Made by a program: the position numbers and the translations under genes | Notes under the pieces: model-generated | Databases searched by the model: none | Seen by the model: only the letters and a program-made list of their open reading frames with translations | What the model was told of the DNA's origin: nothing | From: Octopus bimaculoides | Lineage: Eukaryota | Direction: 5' to 3' | Assembly (NCBI RefSeq): GCF_001194135.2 | Contig: NC_068995.1 | Coordinates: forward strand, 35,625,663-35,689,662 | DNA: 64,000 nucleotides | Shown here: piece by piece, positions 1-11,699 of the stretch | How positions within the stretch are numbered: the stretch's first letter is position 1 | Layout: every line of letters begins with the position of its first letter

Positions 1-9
1 GTTCCTAAA

Positions 10-204
10 GTGACAGAGGGTACTGAGTAGTACCAGCATTACTAGAAATAAGAGTCAAGACGTCTCTATAGTCACAAATGCAGTACCTTAATGTCTGACA
101 AGGGAGATAATTTCCCTAGCGGAAATGATAGTGCATTTTTGGTTATAGAGTCGTTTTCACTCTTTTTTCTAGCAACGCTGGTACTACTTAGTACCCCCTG
201 TCAC
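10..204. mobile_element. Short MITE-like element with ~34-bp terminal inverted repeats
   Basis: gtgacagagggtactgagtagtaccagcattact (10-43) is the reverse complement of agcaacgctggtactacttagtaccccctgtcac (171-204) with about 4 mismatches. No coding capacity; it may extend past the window edge. Confidence 0.6.
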
Positions 205-472
205 ACTAGCGACGTCTATAAATTTGCCTTTAGGTTGTTAAATTGCTAATAAACCACCCATATCATTTTTAGTTTTTGCTTCAACCAGTTTTTTTAATCA
301 GCGTATGAGTTCAACGGTTTTCTTATTAGCTAACAAGTTGAGTTGAGTTTAATCCTCGGCGCGGTAAGAGCTACTGATGAGAATTAAAATGCTCAGCATC
401 AAGGTTCGAAATCGACGGCGCTGTGAATTCCACCTCCACCTGACAGTCAGACTGACACGGTTGTTTCATAAC

Positions 473-563
473 GGGATGACGTTCCAGCTTTATCAACAGT
501 GGAAAAGTGGGCAGCTGAATTTAGGAGAGGTAGGGCGAATCTTGAAGATGATCCGACGTCTGG
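473..563 (+). pseudogene. Mariner transposase N-terminal HTH fragment
   Basis: Reads GDDVPALSTVEKWAAEFRRGRANLEDDPTSG, matching the mariner motif W..EF..GR..LEDD.RSGRP. Confidence 0.7.
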
Positions 564-1232
564 CTCTTTGCGTTATTAGTAGCAGACGTGTTACTCTTTT
601 TTGTTGTTTCCCCGAAAAAATTGGCGGGCAGGGATACAGAATTCTCCATCACATATCTTTTTCACATCCTTTGTGCTTTTAATAGCCCTCCCATGTTCAA
701 AGTTCTTTTCGCTTCGAGGCATAGACACAGCTAATTTTGTTATCGACTACGTTTGGGAAAATTTCTCAATGTATTTACAAGAATTCATATTTGTTTAAAG
801 CAAACTAAGTGTCATTGTCCACTTGAGTGTATGGGAATGCACATGTTTGTTTAATAATTAGAACTTTCTTCGGTTTGTCCTTTTCCTTTGCAGTCTGTGT
901 TTTTATCAGCACAATTTTCGATAATTTCTTTACAAAATTTTGACATTTGCAGTGAGCACTCAAGGCAAAGCCGTACTTGTAAACAACTAAACGAAAGTTT
1001 ATGAAAATAAAATGAAAAGAATTTAAGAATGTTCGATCTTGTTTACCCGAAGGTAAACGAGGCAGACATTCAATAGTTCAAAGCGTAATAAAAATACAAA
1101 AAGTTTTTCATGAAGTATAATCAAAGTAATCTGCAGTCTCAACGGAGCGATGTTTAAACTCGTCTGCTCTTCTCAAAACAAAACAGCGGCAACTATTAAG
1201 ACAACAAAGTCGACGACAACAGCAGCAAAAGC

Positions 1233-1300
<68 letters not shown>

Positions 1301-1308
1301 TAATAATG

Positions 1309-1394
<86 letters not shown>

Positions 1395-1468
1395 AAGAAG
1401 AAGAAGAAGAAGAAGAAGAAGAAGAAGAAGAAGAAGAAGAAGAAGAAGAAGAAGAAGAAGAAGAAGAA
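1233..1468 (+). repeat. Compound microsatellite (TAA)n then (GAA)n
   Basis: Seen directly: ~130 bp of TAA switches abruptly to ~100 bp of GAA. Confidence 0.95.
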
Positions 1469-1484
1469 TGATAGTAATAATGGC

Positions 1485-1599
1485 TTCAAATTCTACCACA
1501 AGGGCAATTTTCGGGAAGCGGGGTAAGTCGATTACATCGTCCCCAGTGTTTTACTGGGTCTTTTGCCTGGCGTGCTAATGATTCTGCCAGCTCATCGCC

Positions 1600-1600
<1 letters not shown>
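1485..1600 (-). mobile_element. SINE family A, internally deleted copy
   Basis: Tail (tcaaattc..acaagg..aagtcgattacatcg.ccccagtg) is fused to head (cctggcgtgctaatgattctgccagctcatcgcctt); the central block is missing. Confidence 0.7.

Positions 1601-1660
<60 letters not shown>
1601..1660 (+). repeat. (TAA)n microsatellite
   Basis: Seen directly. Confidence 0.95.
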
Positions 1661-1662
<2 letters not shown>

Positions 1663-2110
1663 CATGAATTCGTGGAGGACCACTTTCATTTCAAACCATA
1701 CACAAGGATATACCACCTCACCAGACATCAATATCGCCTGTGGTATCTTTCAATGTGACTCATTATCCCCATTACTATTCTACCTCATGTTCTGTTCTCA
1801 TTATCCACACAACTGAATAATGCCAAGAGAGGGTATAAGATCTTTTGACCAGAAGATTAATCAGCTACTCTATGTGGATGTTTGCCAAAAATAACAAAGA
1901 ATTAGAAGAGTTCATGAATATTGCCAAAAAATTCAGCTCTGATATAGGTATGGAATTCAGACTTGATAAATGTGCGAAGGCTACTTTCAAGGCAGAAAAC
2001 ATAGAACTTGATACTACCACAGCTATTCGAAACCCAGACCAATTCGAAGTATACAAATATCTGGGAACCAATGAAGGTGATTGTGTCCAGCACTCTAAAA
2101 TGAAAGAGAA
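1661..2110 (+). pseudogene. R4/Dong-clade non-LTR retrotransposon reverse-transcriptase fragment
   Basis: Across frameshifts it reads GIFQCDSLSPLLF (GIFQGD.LSP motif), KINQLLYVD (HLLYMDD motif), FSSDIGMEFRLDKCAK and YKYLG. Confidence 0.85.
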
Positions 2111-2325
2111 TGGTGGTGGTGGTGGTGCTGCTGCTGCTGCTGCTGCTGCTGGTGGTGGTGCTGCTGCTGGTGATGACGATGATGATGATGAAGAGGATGA
2201 GGATGAGGATGATGATGATAATGATGAGGTGGAAGAAGAAGAAGAAGAAGAAGAAGAAGAAGAAGAAGAAGAAGAAGAAGAAGAAGAAGAAGAAGAAGAA
2301 GAAGAAGAAGAAGAAGAAGAAGAAG

Positions 2326-2356
<31 letters not shown>
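2111..2356 (+). repeat. Compound trinucleotide tract GGT/GCT/GAT/GAG ending in ~125 bp (GAA)n
   Basis: Seen directly. It produces the poly-G/A/D/E tail of the spurious ORF 1845-2402. Confidence 0.95.
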
Positions 2357-2969
2357 TCATTTTAGTACATTTATCGACGTCAGAGTGCCGAGTCCGAAGT
2401 GAAAGTATAAAAGGGCGTAGCTTAAACACCAACAAGCAATGTACTTTAATGAAACACACTAACATATCGGTAGCTTGTATTTTATTGATGCCAGGATGAG
2501 AAGATATAGAACAAACAAGATACGTAAGATTACGTAGAGACAGAAGTGAATTTTAGGCAGAACCAGACCCCTTTAGTGAAAATGGATTTAAAGACAGAAT
2601 CTGGTTTTAAAAGCTTTAATTTATCTCCTTTGTGAACCTGCATCAATAATTAATAGTCTCATTAATACTTTGGAATTCAAATTCAATAGATCTATTATGC
2701 ATCAAATTTCTATGGAGTCATTTACAGGTGATGTTAGTGAGTTATAATTTTGAATGCTTGTATTTCGCTCCTTCCAAATATTCATACCGTAGCCTCCGGT
2801 GTGCAGCAAGCATGCAAGAGTTAAAAGGTAAAAGAAGAGAAATAAAATGCTTAAATGAGAAATAACATGAATATATCATAAGTAACAGTATCAATTAACT
2901 TTAGAAAAATCTGTCATCTTATCAATTTGGGGACAATTGAAAGGTGTCTAAAAAGACATATATACCAAT

Positions 2970-3180
2970 CTTTTATCCTTTATTTCTTCCGGTAATTTGA
3001 CTGCAGCCATGCTGGAGCATGGCCTTGAAGGGTTTTAGTCGAACAAATCGACCCCAGGACTTATTTTATTTAAGCCTAGTACTTACTCTATCGGTCTCTT
3101 GCGGAGACATCCATGCACCAACACTGGTTGTCAAGACGCAGTGGGGGCGTAAACACGAACACAGATACACACACACACAT
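2970..3180 (-). mobile_element. SINE family B, 3-prime part
   Basis: gcagccatgctggagc..ccttgaagggttttagtcgaacaaatcgaccccaggactta matches the reverse complement of the B tail at 44620-44735. Confidence 0.75.
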
Positions 3181-3198
3181 AGATGTATACATGCATAG

Positions 3199-3244
<46 letters not shown>

Positions 3245-3744
3245 NNNNNNNNNNNNNNNNNNNNNNNNNNNNNNNNNNNNNNNNNNNNNNNNNNNNNNNN
3301 NNNNNNNNNNNNNNNNNNNNNNNNNNNNNNNNNNNNNNNNNNNNNNNNNNNNNNNNNNNNNNNNNNNNNNNNNNNNNNNNNNNNNNNNNNNNNNNNNNNN
3401 NNNNNNNNNNNNNNNNNNNNNNNNNNNNNNATACCTACGTATTTATATCCAAGTGCTTACAATTGCAGGGCAATATCGCAATTGAATACTAGGTATGGGT
3501 GGGGGTAAAACAGAAATTTACCCAGAATTTATAAGGCAAATAAGAAGATGAAGAGGAACATCAGCCTGTAGACATTCAATAATATCTATTTATTAATTGA
3601 TCACAATCATATGTATGAGTGATTTAAATAAACAAATGAAATAAACAAATAAACAAATAAACAAGTAAATAAATAGATAAATAAAAATAACAAATGAATA
3701 AGAATGAGTAAAAAAATACTTTTTCACTCATTTATTCTTATAAC

Positions 3745-4018
3745 TAGGGTTACAAAGAATAAGTCCTTGGGTCGATTTCTTCGACTAATAAAACCCTTTA
3801 AGGAGGTACTCCAACATGATCGCAGTTAAATGACTGAAACAAGTAAAAGAATAAAGAATATATACATGGGGTTTCTTTCTGTTTCCACCCACCAAATCCA
3901 CTTACAAGGATTTGGTCAGACCGAGGTTGTAGTAGAAGACATTGCCATGCAGTAGGACTTGAACCCGGAACCATGTGATTTGGAAGCAAGCTTCTTACCA
4001 CACAGTCACTCCTGCGCT
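3745..4018. mobile_element. Two SINE family B fragments (tail on +, head on -)
   Basis: 3745-3856 matches the B tail. 3868-4018 is the reverse complement of the B head (gaacccggaaccatgtg..gcttcttaccacacag). Confidence 0.7.
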
Positions 4019-4280
4019 TAATGTATACCTTTTACTGATATATTTTAAACACTAACTTATAAAGAAATAAATTGGTGAATTTGTGGAGTGGAAATGTATA
4101 AAAAATAGAAAGTATCAGATATCTGAGAATTTGGTAAGTAAAAGCCGCGTCTTAGTTATGATTATAAATAAAAACAAAAAAGGCAATATGAATTAAGCAG
4201 TGTAAGAGGAGACACGTAAGATAAAGTATCACTGAAGAGGTCACAGGATGTGTGAGCAAAAAGCTTTGACGAAGAAACTA

Positions 4281-4310
<30 letters not shown>

Positions 4311-4311
<1 letters not shown>

Positions 4312-4623
4312 GTGCGACTGTTATCGAATGAACAATATTTCGACACTTCGTGTGTCTTCCACAAGTTCAAAATAATCATCTCAATCTATTTCATTTTGGT
4401 AATGTTTAAGGATTGACGTTACTNNNNNNNNNNATTGACGTTACTCGTCCCAGAGAGAAAAGAATTTAAGAATTTTCGACCTTGTTTACCAAAATGAAGC
4501 GGATTGAGATGATTATTTTGAACTTGTGGAAGACACACGAAGTGACGAAATATCGTTCATTCGATAACAGTCGCACTCTTCCTATTGTTCCTTTACCTTC
4601 GGGGGCAGTAACGTCAATCGTTA

Positions 4624-4624
<1 letters not shown>
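4311..4624. mobile_element. Composite fold-back/MITE with 92-bp inverted arms, between (TAA)n tracts
   Basis: 4311-4402 vs 4486-4577 are inverted with about 5 mismatches. A second short inverted pair is tttaaggattgacgttact (4405-4423) / agtaacgtcaatcgttaa (4607-4624). Confidence 0.75.
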
Positions 4625-4671
<47 letters not shown>

Positions 4672-5289
4672 ATAGCTGAAATGAAAACCAAATATATAGT
4701 GCATGTGTTTAAATAGCAAAATATAACCATCCAAGAATAACAATGCAAAAAGAAAATTTTTCTATGTCAAACCTTAAAAGCAAGTTTGATGTTTGTTTCT
4801 AATCAATAAACGATTAACAGGGGAGTGATAACATCACTATCAAACATAATTAGGTAGAGTAAGTTATATATACATGAGTGGATTAGTGACTATCCGCTCA
4901 ATTTCCTTCTTCATTCCGGTTGTAATAATGTCATATTAATATGATTTTAGTACAACACAAAAAATACTCAATAGAGCATTAAGTAGGAAAACACTTATTT
5001 ATATTGATTGATAAGAGGTAAACAAGAATGACATCCAAAATCTAAGTTTTTGTTCGGTTATTTAACTCTATGTGTTAGCTGAGTTGAAAGTAATAAAATA
5101 ACTTTGGTCATTGCCTGAAAGGTAGATTGCCGGCTTTTGTCTATCATGAGTCACGGTGCGGGGAGGAGAGGTTCATCTATTATATTCGCCAGGAATTATA
5201 ATTTAATTATATTTACAATTTTAGAATTGGTTTCGAATCCCCGCCAATCCACTGTGGAATTGTCTCAGCAGATGGGATGCTTTCATGTT

Positions 5290-5725
5290 ACAGCTACCTT
5301 CACTCAGTGGGTAACGTCCAAAAACTAGCGCATGGGCTTATGGAGGCATGGGTCCCACACACTCTGAATGATAGCGACAAACTCCAGCGATCCACTATCA
5401 CCGCTAGTTTGCTCGGTCGATACCAGGTTACTCGTGGACGTAACCAGAGATTTCTTCTTTGCAACAATGAAGATTGGAAAGTTCTGCCACATCCATCACG
5501 TTCGTATGATATTGCGCCTTCGGATGATCACTTTTTTCAGTCGCTCTCCACCAGTCAGTGAGTCAAGACCCGGGGATTTGTTCAGTCAAGGCATTGACAA
5601 GTTATGGAATGTTGGCAAGAAGTCGTGAACAATACAGGAAAATATATTATCTACTTATTGGCTAAACTGAAAAATAAAATTCAGGTGAATTTAAAAATCA
5701 AACGAATTTATTTGACAACCCAATA
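5290..5725 (+). pseudogene. Internally deleted mariner element (3-prime TIR retained)
   Basis: WVPHTL motif, then DWKVLPHPSRSYDIAPSDDHFFQSL (HPPYSPDLAPSD motif); ends acgaatttatttgacaacccaata. Confidence 0.85.
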
Positions 5726-5821
5726 CATAGATTACATTTAATATCATGTATTATTACAAAATATTTATGTCTATTTTCATGAACAATGTAGGTACTATAT
5801 ATTGTCGAAATGCAAATAGAT

Positions 5822-6036
5822 TGGTTTCAAATATTGGCACGAGGACCGCAAGTTTGGGAGAGGGTGAAAGTCGATTCCATCAACTCCATTGCTCGACTGG
5901 TACTTATGTTATCGACTCCGAAAGGATGAAAGGCAAAGTCTACCTCGGCGGAATTTGAAGTCAGAACATGAAAACAGACTAAATGCTGCTAAGCATTTCG
6001 CCCGGATTGCAAGCAACTCTGCCCACTCGCTGCCTT
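5822..6036 (-). mobile_element. SINE family A
   Basis: Contains gaaaggatgaaaggcaaagtc.acctcggcggaatttgaa.tcagaac and the head gctaagcatttcgcccgg. Confidence 0.85.
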
Positions 6037-6059
6037 AAACTTATTTCGATTTTCAAGAG

Positions 6060-6212
6060 AAGTTGTTACTAGTTACTTTTGAAGTTTTCTTTGAACAGTC
6101 AGATGTCAGTTCACCTGGAAAGGAACAATCGCTGAAATTAATGCATGCAAGATTCAACAGCTCTAACAACAGTCCTTTATAATCAACTTATGAACTTTTC
6201 AGCCCCCTCGTA
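6060..6212 (+). mobile_element. Right end of a mariner-derived MITE
   Basis: Ends gaacttttcagccccctcgta followed by a TA run; same TIR type as the MITE at 20224-20445. Confidence 0.55.
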
Positions 6213-8088
6213 TACATATTTATATGTATATGTACACACACACACACATACATTACATATATCAGCTAATGAAATTTATAGTATTACTATTGTTTTTTCT
6301 GNNNNNNNNNNNNNNNNNNNNNNNNNNNNNNNNNNNNNNNNNNNNNNNNNNNNNNNNNNNNNNNNNNNNNNNNNNNNNNNNNNNNNNNNNNNNNNNNNNN
6401 NNNNNNNNNNNNNNNNNNNNNNNNNNNNNNNNNNNNNNNNNNNNNNNNNNNNNNNNNNNNNNNNNNNNNNNNNNNNNATAAGGGCATTACTATACAAGAA
6501 TGCCTCACGCTAAACTACCATAATAAACACATTTTTACCGAACGCGAGGAAATGCAACTCTCAAAATTAGCCTCTTAAAAACAGACTGAACTATATATCG
6601 AATCGATTTCACAGTTATTACAACAATATGTAACTTCTGATCATCAGTATAGTATGGTCAAAATACATAAAAATAAACAAAAGATTCAACATACCAAAAC
6701 GAACACTTCATGTATCCGGCATAGTACATAGAAGATTGTTTATCTCTATATATCTATGTAAAAGGCGGACCTTTTCGAATTGGATCTCGGTATACGTGTT
6801 TTATTTCCGGAATAAAACTCAGCATTGAATATATTCCTGTTATATATTTAATTAATTCAATAATAGGATAAGATCTTTTACATGAACTTATCAAGTAGCT
6901 AACGTGAAAAAACCTCTCCCCTTCTTTCTATCTCGCCTATCAAACCATTTTTCTCAACCAGTCGCCATGCTTGATCGCTAAATCCACACGTTTTCTTTAT
7001 TCTCTCTCTGTTTATTTTCTCTTATTCCTTTCTATTGAAGAGCGTAGGCTCGAAACGAAAAAGGCTTTCTCAATTTCCCGAGCGTCAAACTCTTACACCT
7101 GCTTGTTGTTCATGCAGCTATTTACTCTTTCTGGAAATTGCAACTATATATATATATATATATNNNNNNNNNNNNNNNNNNNNNNNNNNNNNNNNNNNNN
7201 NNNNNNNNNNNNNNNNNNNNNNNNNNNNNNNNNNNNNNNNNNNNNNNNNNNNNNNNNNNNNNNNNNNNNNNNNNNNNNNNNNNNNNNNNNNNNNNNNNNN
7301 NNNNNNNNNNNNNNNNNNNNNNNNNNNNNNNNNNNNNNNNNNNNNNNNNNNNNNNNNNNNNNNNNNNNNNNNNNNNNNNNNNNNNNNNNNNNNNNNNNNN
7401 NNNNNNNNNNNNNNNNNNNNNNNNNNNNNNNNNNNNNNNNNNNNNNNNNNNNNNNNNNNNNNNNNNNNNNNNNNNNNNNNNNNNNNNNNNNNNNNNNNNN
7501 NNNNNNNNNNNNNNNNNNNNNNNNNNNNNNNNNNNNNNNNNNNNNNNNNNNNNNNNNNNNNNNNNNNNNNNNNNNNNNNNNNNNNNNNNNNNNNNNNNNN
7601 NNNNNNNNNNNNNNNNNNNNNNNNNNNNNNNNNNNNNNNNNNNNNNNNNNNNNNNNNNNNNNNNNNNNNNNNNNNNNNNNNNNNNNNNNNNNNNNNNNNN
7701 NNNNNNNNNNNNNNNNNNNNNNNNNNNNNNNNNNNNNNNNNNNNNNNNNNNNNNNNNNNNNNNNNNNNNNNNNNNNNNNNNNNNNNNNNNNNNNNNNNNN
7801 NNNNNNNNNNNNNNNNNNNNNNNNNNNNNNNNNNNNNNNNNNNNNNNNNNNNNNNNNNNNNNNNNNNNNNNNNNNNNNNNNNNNNNNNNNNNNNNNNNNN
7901 NNNNNNNNNNNNNNNNNNNNNNNNNNNNNNNNNNNNNNNNNNNNNNNNNNNNNNNNNNNNNNNNNNNNNNNNNNNNNNNNNNNNNNNNNNNNNNNNNNNN
8001 NNNNNNNNNNNNNNNNNNNNNNNNNNNNNNNNNNNNNNNNNNNNNNNNNNNNNNNNNNNNNNNNNNNNNNNNNNNNNNNNNNNNNNNN

Positions 8089-8130
<42 letters not shown>

Positions 8131-10358
8131 GTGTGTATATATATATAGGCACTGAGCTTTATTTGATGAATATCTGAACAATGTCTCTTAATTTGTAAAC
8201 GATGAATAAGCGAATAATTTCTCAATATCGGCAGCTAGATAATCAAATCTGTCTTTTTGGTCATTTTCTGATCCAAGAATTCCAAATTTGAGTAATACAC
8301 TGTATTGCATAAATGGTAAAATGAATATGTCTATGATTAAACATAGTAGAACAGAACCGAACGAAAGGAACCGTAAATCAAAATTATTTCCAGACAATAT
8401 AAGGATTCCAGGCTTTTGTGTGTTAGCAAGGAACAAAAGAAGCTGGCGGCAACATGGAGAAGAGCATAGGCGATGAAAACCGCTATTGAAAGATTAATTA
8501 TTTTTTTCTACTAGGAGAAGGAAGCCATATGTTATATAAAGAAAGACCTTCTTAAGATAACGGAATTGCCGTTATATCTTAAAGGAGTTGTGTGAGAGAA
8601 GAGAGATGTAAATGAAATTAAAATGGTATTGCTTTCCACCCGTTAGCTCACAACACAGACCAAAGCGATAGATAGCGTCATGTGTGAATGACAAGGTGAG
8701 ACGAATAGCAATTACTATGAATTCACATGTTTGTTAGGGAAATTGTAAAATCCGAGAACACTAGTGATACTCTGCAATGGTAAATAATAATACAAAGTGT
8801 GCAAACAGTGGAACAAATTTATTGAAGTAAGAAAGAAAAGTTTAACCTATCAAGAGTAAAAGTATTATCGTTTTTTTTTGTTTTTGTTTTTTTCGAGTTG
8901 TGATGAAATGTTTCCTCGTGTTACTTGATAAATACGTTGGGTCTTGTGAGAATGAAGGGAAATTACTATAACAGTGGCATACAAGGGAGGTTGAAAGATT
9001 GGGTAAGTCCATAACAACATATGCATGTGCACACATATGTGTGTGTATACATGTGTGCGCACGCATGCATATANNNNNNNNNNNNNNNNNNNNNNNNNNN
9101 NNNNNNNNNNNNNNNNNNNNNNNNNNNNNNNNNNNNNNNNNNNNNNNNNNNNNNNNNNNNNNNNNNNNNNNNNNNNNNNNNNNNNNNNNNNNNNNNNNNN
9201 NNNNNNNNNNNNNNNNNNNNNNNNNNNNNNNNNNNNNNNNNNNNNNNNNNNNNNNNNNNNNNNNNNNNNNNNNNNNNNNNNNNNNNNNNNNNNNNNNNNN
9301 NNNNNNNNNNNNNNNNNNNNNNNNNNNNNNNNNNNNNNNNNNNNNNNNNNNNNNNNNNNNNNNNNNNNNNNNNNNNNNNNNNNNNNNNNNNNNNNNNNNN
9401 NNNNNNNNNNNNNNNNNNNNNNNNNNNNNNNNNNNNNNNNNNNNNNNNNNNNNNNNNNNNNNNNNNNNNNNNNNNNNNNNNNNNNNNNNNNNNNNNNNNN
9501 NNNNNNNNNNNNNNNNNNNNNNNNNNNNNNNNNNNNNNNNNNNNNNNNNNNNNNNNNNNNNNNNNNNNNNNNNNNNNNNNNNNNNNNNNNNNNNNNNNNN
9601 NNNNNNNNNNNNNNNNNNNNNNNNNNNNNNNNNNNNNNNNNNNNNNNNNNNNNNNNNNNNNNNNNNNNNNNNNNNNNNNNNNNNNNNNNNNNNNNNNNNN
9701 NNNNNNNNNNNNNNNNNNNNNTATGCATTCCAAAACCGAGTTACCGATTTTGACGCATGGGGTATCAAAAGATTCAGTACTATTTCAGCTACAAATTAAA
9801 CTTAATTTCCATTCACATATTTGCATTTCAAAAATTTAACATTATAATCTCTTCCATAAATGAACTATCGCAAACATTTTATACGGCGACGACTACGATG
9901 TCGTCACATTTTCTATATGTGTGTCTACCTTGAAAGACATCAATCATCACAACGCATACCTTCACTCACTCACTCACTCTATCTCCCTCACTCACACGCG
10001 CACGCACGCATACACATACACGTCCATTTCATAAACAAATATATACATCTTTCACTTTCTTATCTCCTTCACTTTCTGCTCCCTCTCGCCTTTTCGCTTT
10101 CTCTTCTTTCAATTTCTGCTCTCTTCAAAGCGTAAAGGAATAATTTTTTTCGGAATGAGCGAGAGAAACACAAAATGAGAAAAAGACAAATAGGCAAGAG
10201 AAAGAAACAGAGACAGAAAACAAGTTGCTTTAGAAGACGAAATGGAAAACAGGGATTGTGAGTGACAAAGAAATGTTAATGCTTCATACCTTATGTATGT
10301 TCTAAAAGTGTGTGTGTGTGTGTGCGTGTGTGTGTGTGTGTGTGTGTGAGTGAGTGAC

Positions 10359-10419
<61 letters not shown>

Positions 10420-11299
10420 GTGTGCGCGCGCGTATGTTCCTTACGCATTCGAAAATTTGTCTGCCCATTTGGATGTATGGGGTATCAAAAGATTCAGCAA
10501 TTTTTGGGCTACCAAATAAACTATATTTTCATTTATATATATTCTACGTTATCTCAATAACCAGTTATAGTTATTTGAAAGATACTACTCTACAACGACC
10601 AGGTTTCATTAGAAAGTGAAAGTAGTTTCACACTTTCAATTTCAGCCAAAATTACAGTGTTGCGTTACGACAGTGACGATGTTTCAATAATGAAAGTAAT
10701 GTTCTACCGAATTAATCACATCTGTACTATAATAAAGAGAGCTGCTTATCATCTATAATGTGATAAGGCTATAATATTGTTTCACTTTCATTCTTTCACT
10801 TTTAATTCTAAAGTGATAACATTAAAATCATCTTATTTCTATTACATTTGAAATAAATGAATAATTTACATCCTAATGTGGACAACATTTACGCATCGTC
10901 AACTTTCCGTCTTTACAGCCACCACAGTAGAATAGTGTGTAGGTGTATGTGTTGACTGACATAACGAACGGCTGGAAGTGAAACTCTTGACAAAAACCAA
11001 TAAGGTGGCAGGTCCAAGGTATATAAAAATACACATTTACCGTTCAATTACCAGTTAATAATTATCGCAGCAGTTGCAAGGTTACAAAGTATTTACAGTT
11101 ACATATTTACCCTTAAATTAACAATTAATACGTGTACTAAATATATATATTAAGAAATTTGTCTATAGTAATTATTGTGGCATTTACTGTTCATGTGTGT
11201 TTCTATTTGGTTACTTCATACTGCATACAAAAACAAAAACATACTACATACATAAAACTACTTACAAAAATAGGGATTAATGCATAATTTTTTTTCTAT

Positions 11300-11472
11300 G
11301 GCGAGGAATGCTTAGCTGCATTTAGTCCATCCTTGCGTTTTGAGTTCAAATTCCACCGAGGTCGACTTTGCCTTTCATCCTTTCGGGGTCGATAAATTAA
11401 GTACCAGTAGAATTGTGAGGTCGATGTAATCGGCTAGTCCCCTACCCCAAAATTTCAGACCTGGAGCCTTTA
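11300..11472 (+). mobile_element. SINE family A
   Basis: ttgagttcaaattcc (B box) followed by gaggtcgactttgcctttcatcctttcggggtcgataaattaagtaccag. Confidence 0.85.
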
Positions 11473-11494
11473 GTGGTTGCTTGGAGGGTGCAGC

Positions 11495-11699
11495 TGTGGA
11501 TGTGTGTGGTAAGAAACTTGCCTCCCAACCACATGGTTCTGGGTCCAGTCCCACTGCGTGGTACCTTGAGCAGGTGTCTACTATTATAGCCTGGGGCCGA
11601 CCGAAGCCTTGTGAATGGATTTAGTAAACGGAATCTGGAAGAAGCCCGTCGTACATGTGTGTGTGTGTGTGTGTGTGCGTGTGCGTGTGCGTGTGCGTG
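11495..11699 (+). mobile_element. SINE family B head running into (TG)n and a gap
   Basis: gtgtggtaagaaacttgcctcccaaccacatggttctgggtccagtcccactgcgtgg..gaagcccgtcgta followed by (TG)n. Confidence 0.85.

Noticed and set aside
1150-1578. Poly-I/poly-R, poly-E/K and similar homopolymer ORFs (also 2110-2499, 14839-15024, 35204-35477)
   Set aside because: Translations of TAA, GAA, AGT and GGT microsatellites.
6971-8225. Long ORFs spanning N-runs (also 8842-9839, 11611-12790, 15002-15827, 20369-21157, 25467-26013, 48511-49393, 61231-61989)
   Set aside because: The open frames exist only because N codons translate as X; they are assembly gaps.
8188-8436. 82-aa hydrophobic minus-strand ORF
   Set aside because: No recognisable motif and no convincing donor site; length is within chance expectation.
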